Assembly: GCA_964016885.1 (NCBI GenBank) | Contig: OZ024746.1 | Span: 69,502,001 to 69,566,000 of the forward strand | Reading direction: 5' to 3' | Length of the DNA stretch: 64,000 nucleotides | DNA from: Eledone cirrhosa | Taxonomy: Eukaryota | Part shown: piece by piece, positions 63,265 to 64,000 of the stretch | Layout of the letters: each line of letters starts with the position of its first letter | Position numbering within the stretch: the first letter of the stretch is position 1 | Position numbers and translations under genes: made by a program | Notes under the pieces: model-generated | Told to the model about the DNA's origin: nothing | Database searches by the model: none | Seen by the model: only the letters and a program-made list of their open reading frames with translations

Positions 63265-64000
63265 TAACGGAGGAAATGTGGTAAGGAACCAGGTGGACCA
63301 TAACGCACCAAAGTACTCAATACTTGAGGTAGTAGAGTGGGTAATAGGAACCAGTAAGACCCCGACAGCTGAGCTCAAGCCGTTTCGACGGCTAATTCTG
63401 GACTAAATGAAAATTTATCCTGGTATTTAAATAGCCGATCTTCTCAAGGGGTAATTCCATATATGGTCAAAGTGATTGTCAAAAATCAGTAGTAATTCTG
63501 TGGTTGCAAATTAGTAGGGGAGATGGTGGCTAAACCTGCCAGTAGGAGAAAGAGGGGAGGGGGTGGAGTAGACCCAATCAAGCGTTGGTAGTGCCAGCTA
63601 CAGCTGTGCATGAGGTCAAAGAATATACAGGGGAGGGGGAGGGGGAGGAATTCGGAACGGTAGGTAGAACAATGGGGGGTAGAAATATATAGGAAAGAAA
63701 AAATACTGAGAGTGAAGAAAAGCAAATAAGTGTAAAGAAAAAAGTAAAGTAAATTAAATTCTACGACCTAAGTCTCTAGCTATTGTTAGGCTAGAATAAA
63801 TAAAGAAAGAAAGAAAGAAAGAAAGAAGTAAAGAAAGAAATAAAGAAATAACGAAATAAGTAAAAGAACTAGGTGGGACGGAATAGGCAAGGACCCTTTT
63901 AAGAGGTATAAGTACGTAAATGATACGGTGACGGGTCAACAAAAGGGGCCAAAATACTAAAGAGACTACCACGAAATAAACAATAAAGGTTTCCATCCCG
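63265..64000 (-). mobile_element. 3' end (pLTR-like) of a further hammerhead-bearing element, probably continuing past the window
   Basis: Ends at (TA)n at the same point as the 39.9-kb mini-copy; hammerhead about 95 nt from the end; diverged mini fold-back at 63164-63240. Confidence 0.65.
63359..63452 (-). ncRNA. Type I hammerhead ribozyme with U3-A8 variant core
   Basis: ACCCC-UUGAGAA-GA(U)CGGCUA..UAGCCGUC-GAAA-CGGC UUGAGCUCA GCUG-UC-GGGGU. Confidence 0.8.

Overview
Repeat-dense, AT-rich eukaryotic DNA with no host gene I can support. The SINE families and dense (TA)n/(CA)n tracts suggest a cephalopod such as Octopus (inference). A 20.3-kb array of a 44-bp satellite (11945-32255, about 461 units, phase-constant at every point sampled, with higher-order structure) produces the giant minus-strand ORFs. 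The flanks hold two 5'-truncated Penelope-like elements (RT + GIY-YIG, Naiad-like), R4/Dong-like non-LTR pieces next to (TATG)n, RTE/CR1/Tx1 fragments, tRNA-derived SINEs, Helitron ends and a TTAA MITE. The most interesting signal is a set of at least four, possibly five, unrelated type I hammerhead ribozyme families, several with non-consensus cores. Each lies in a fold-back (inverted-end) insertion, nearly all at (TA)n tracts. One is a tandem ~430-bp non-coding retrozyme-like array (61411-63050, second locus 47807-48437) with covarying helix I that should release highly structured ~430-nt monomer or circular RNAs. All structures were read by eye; no folding or database searches were run.
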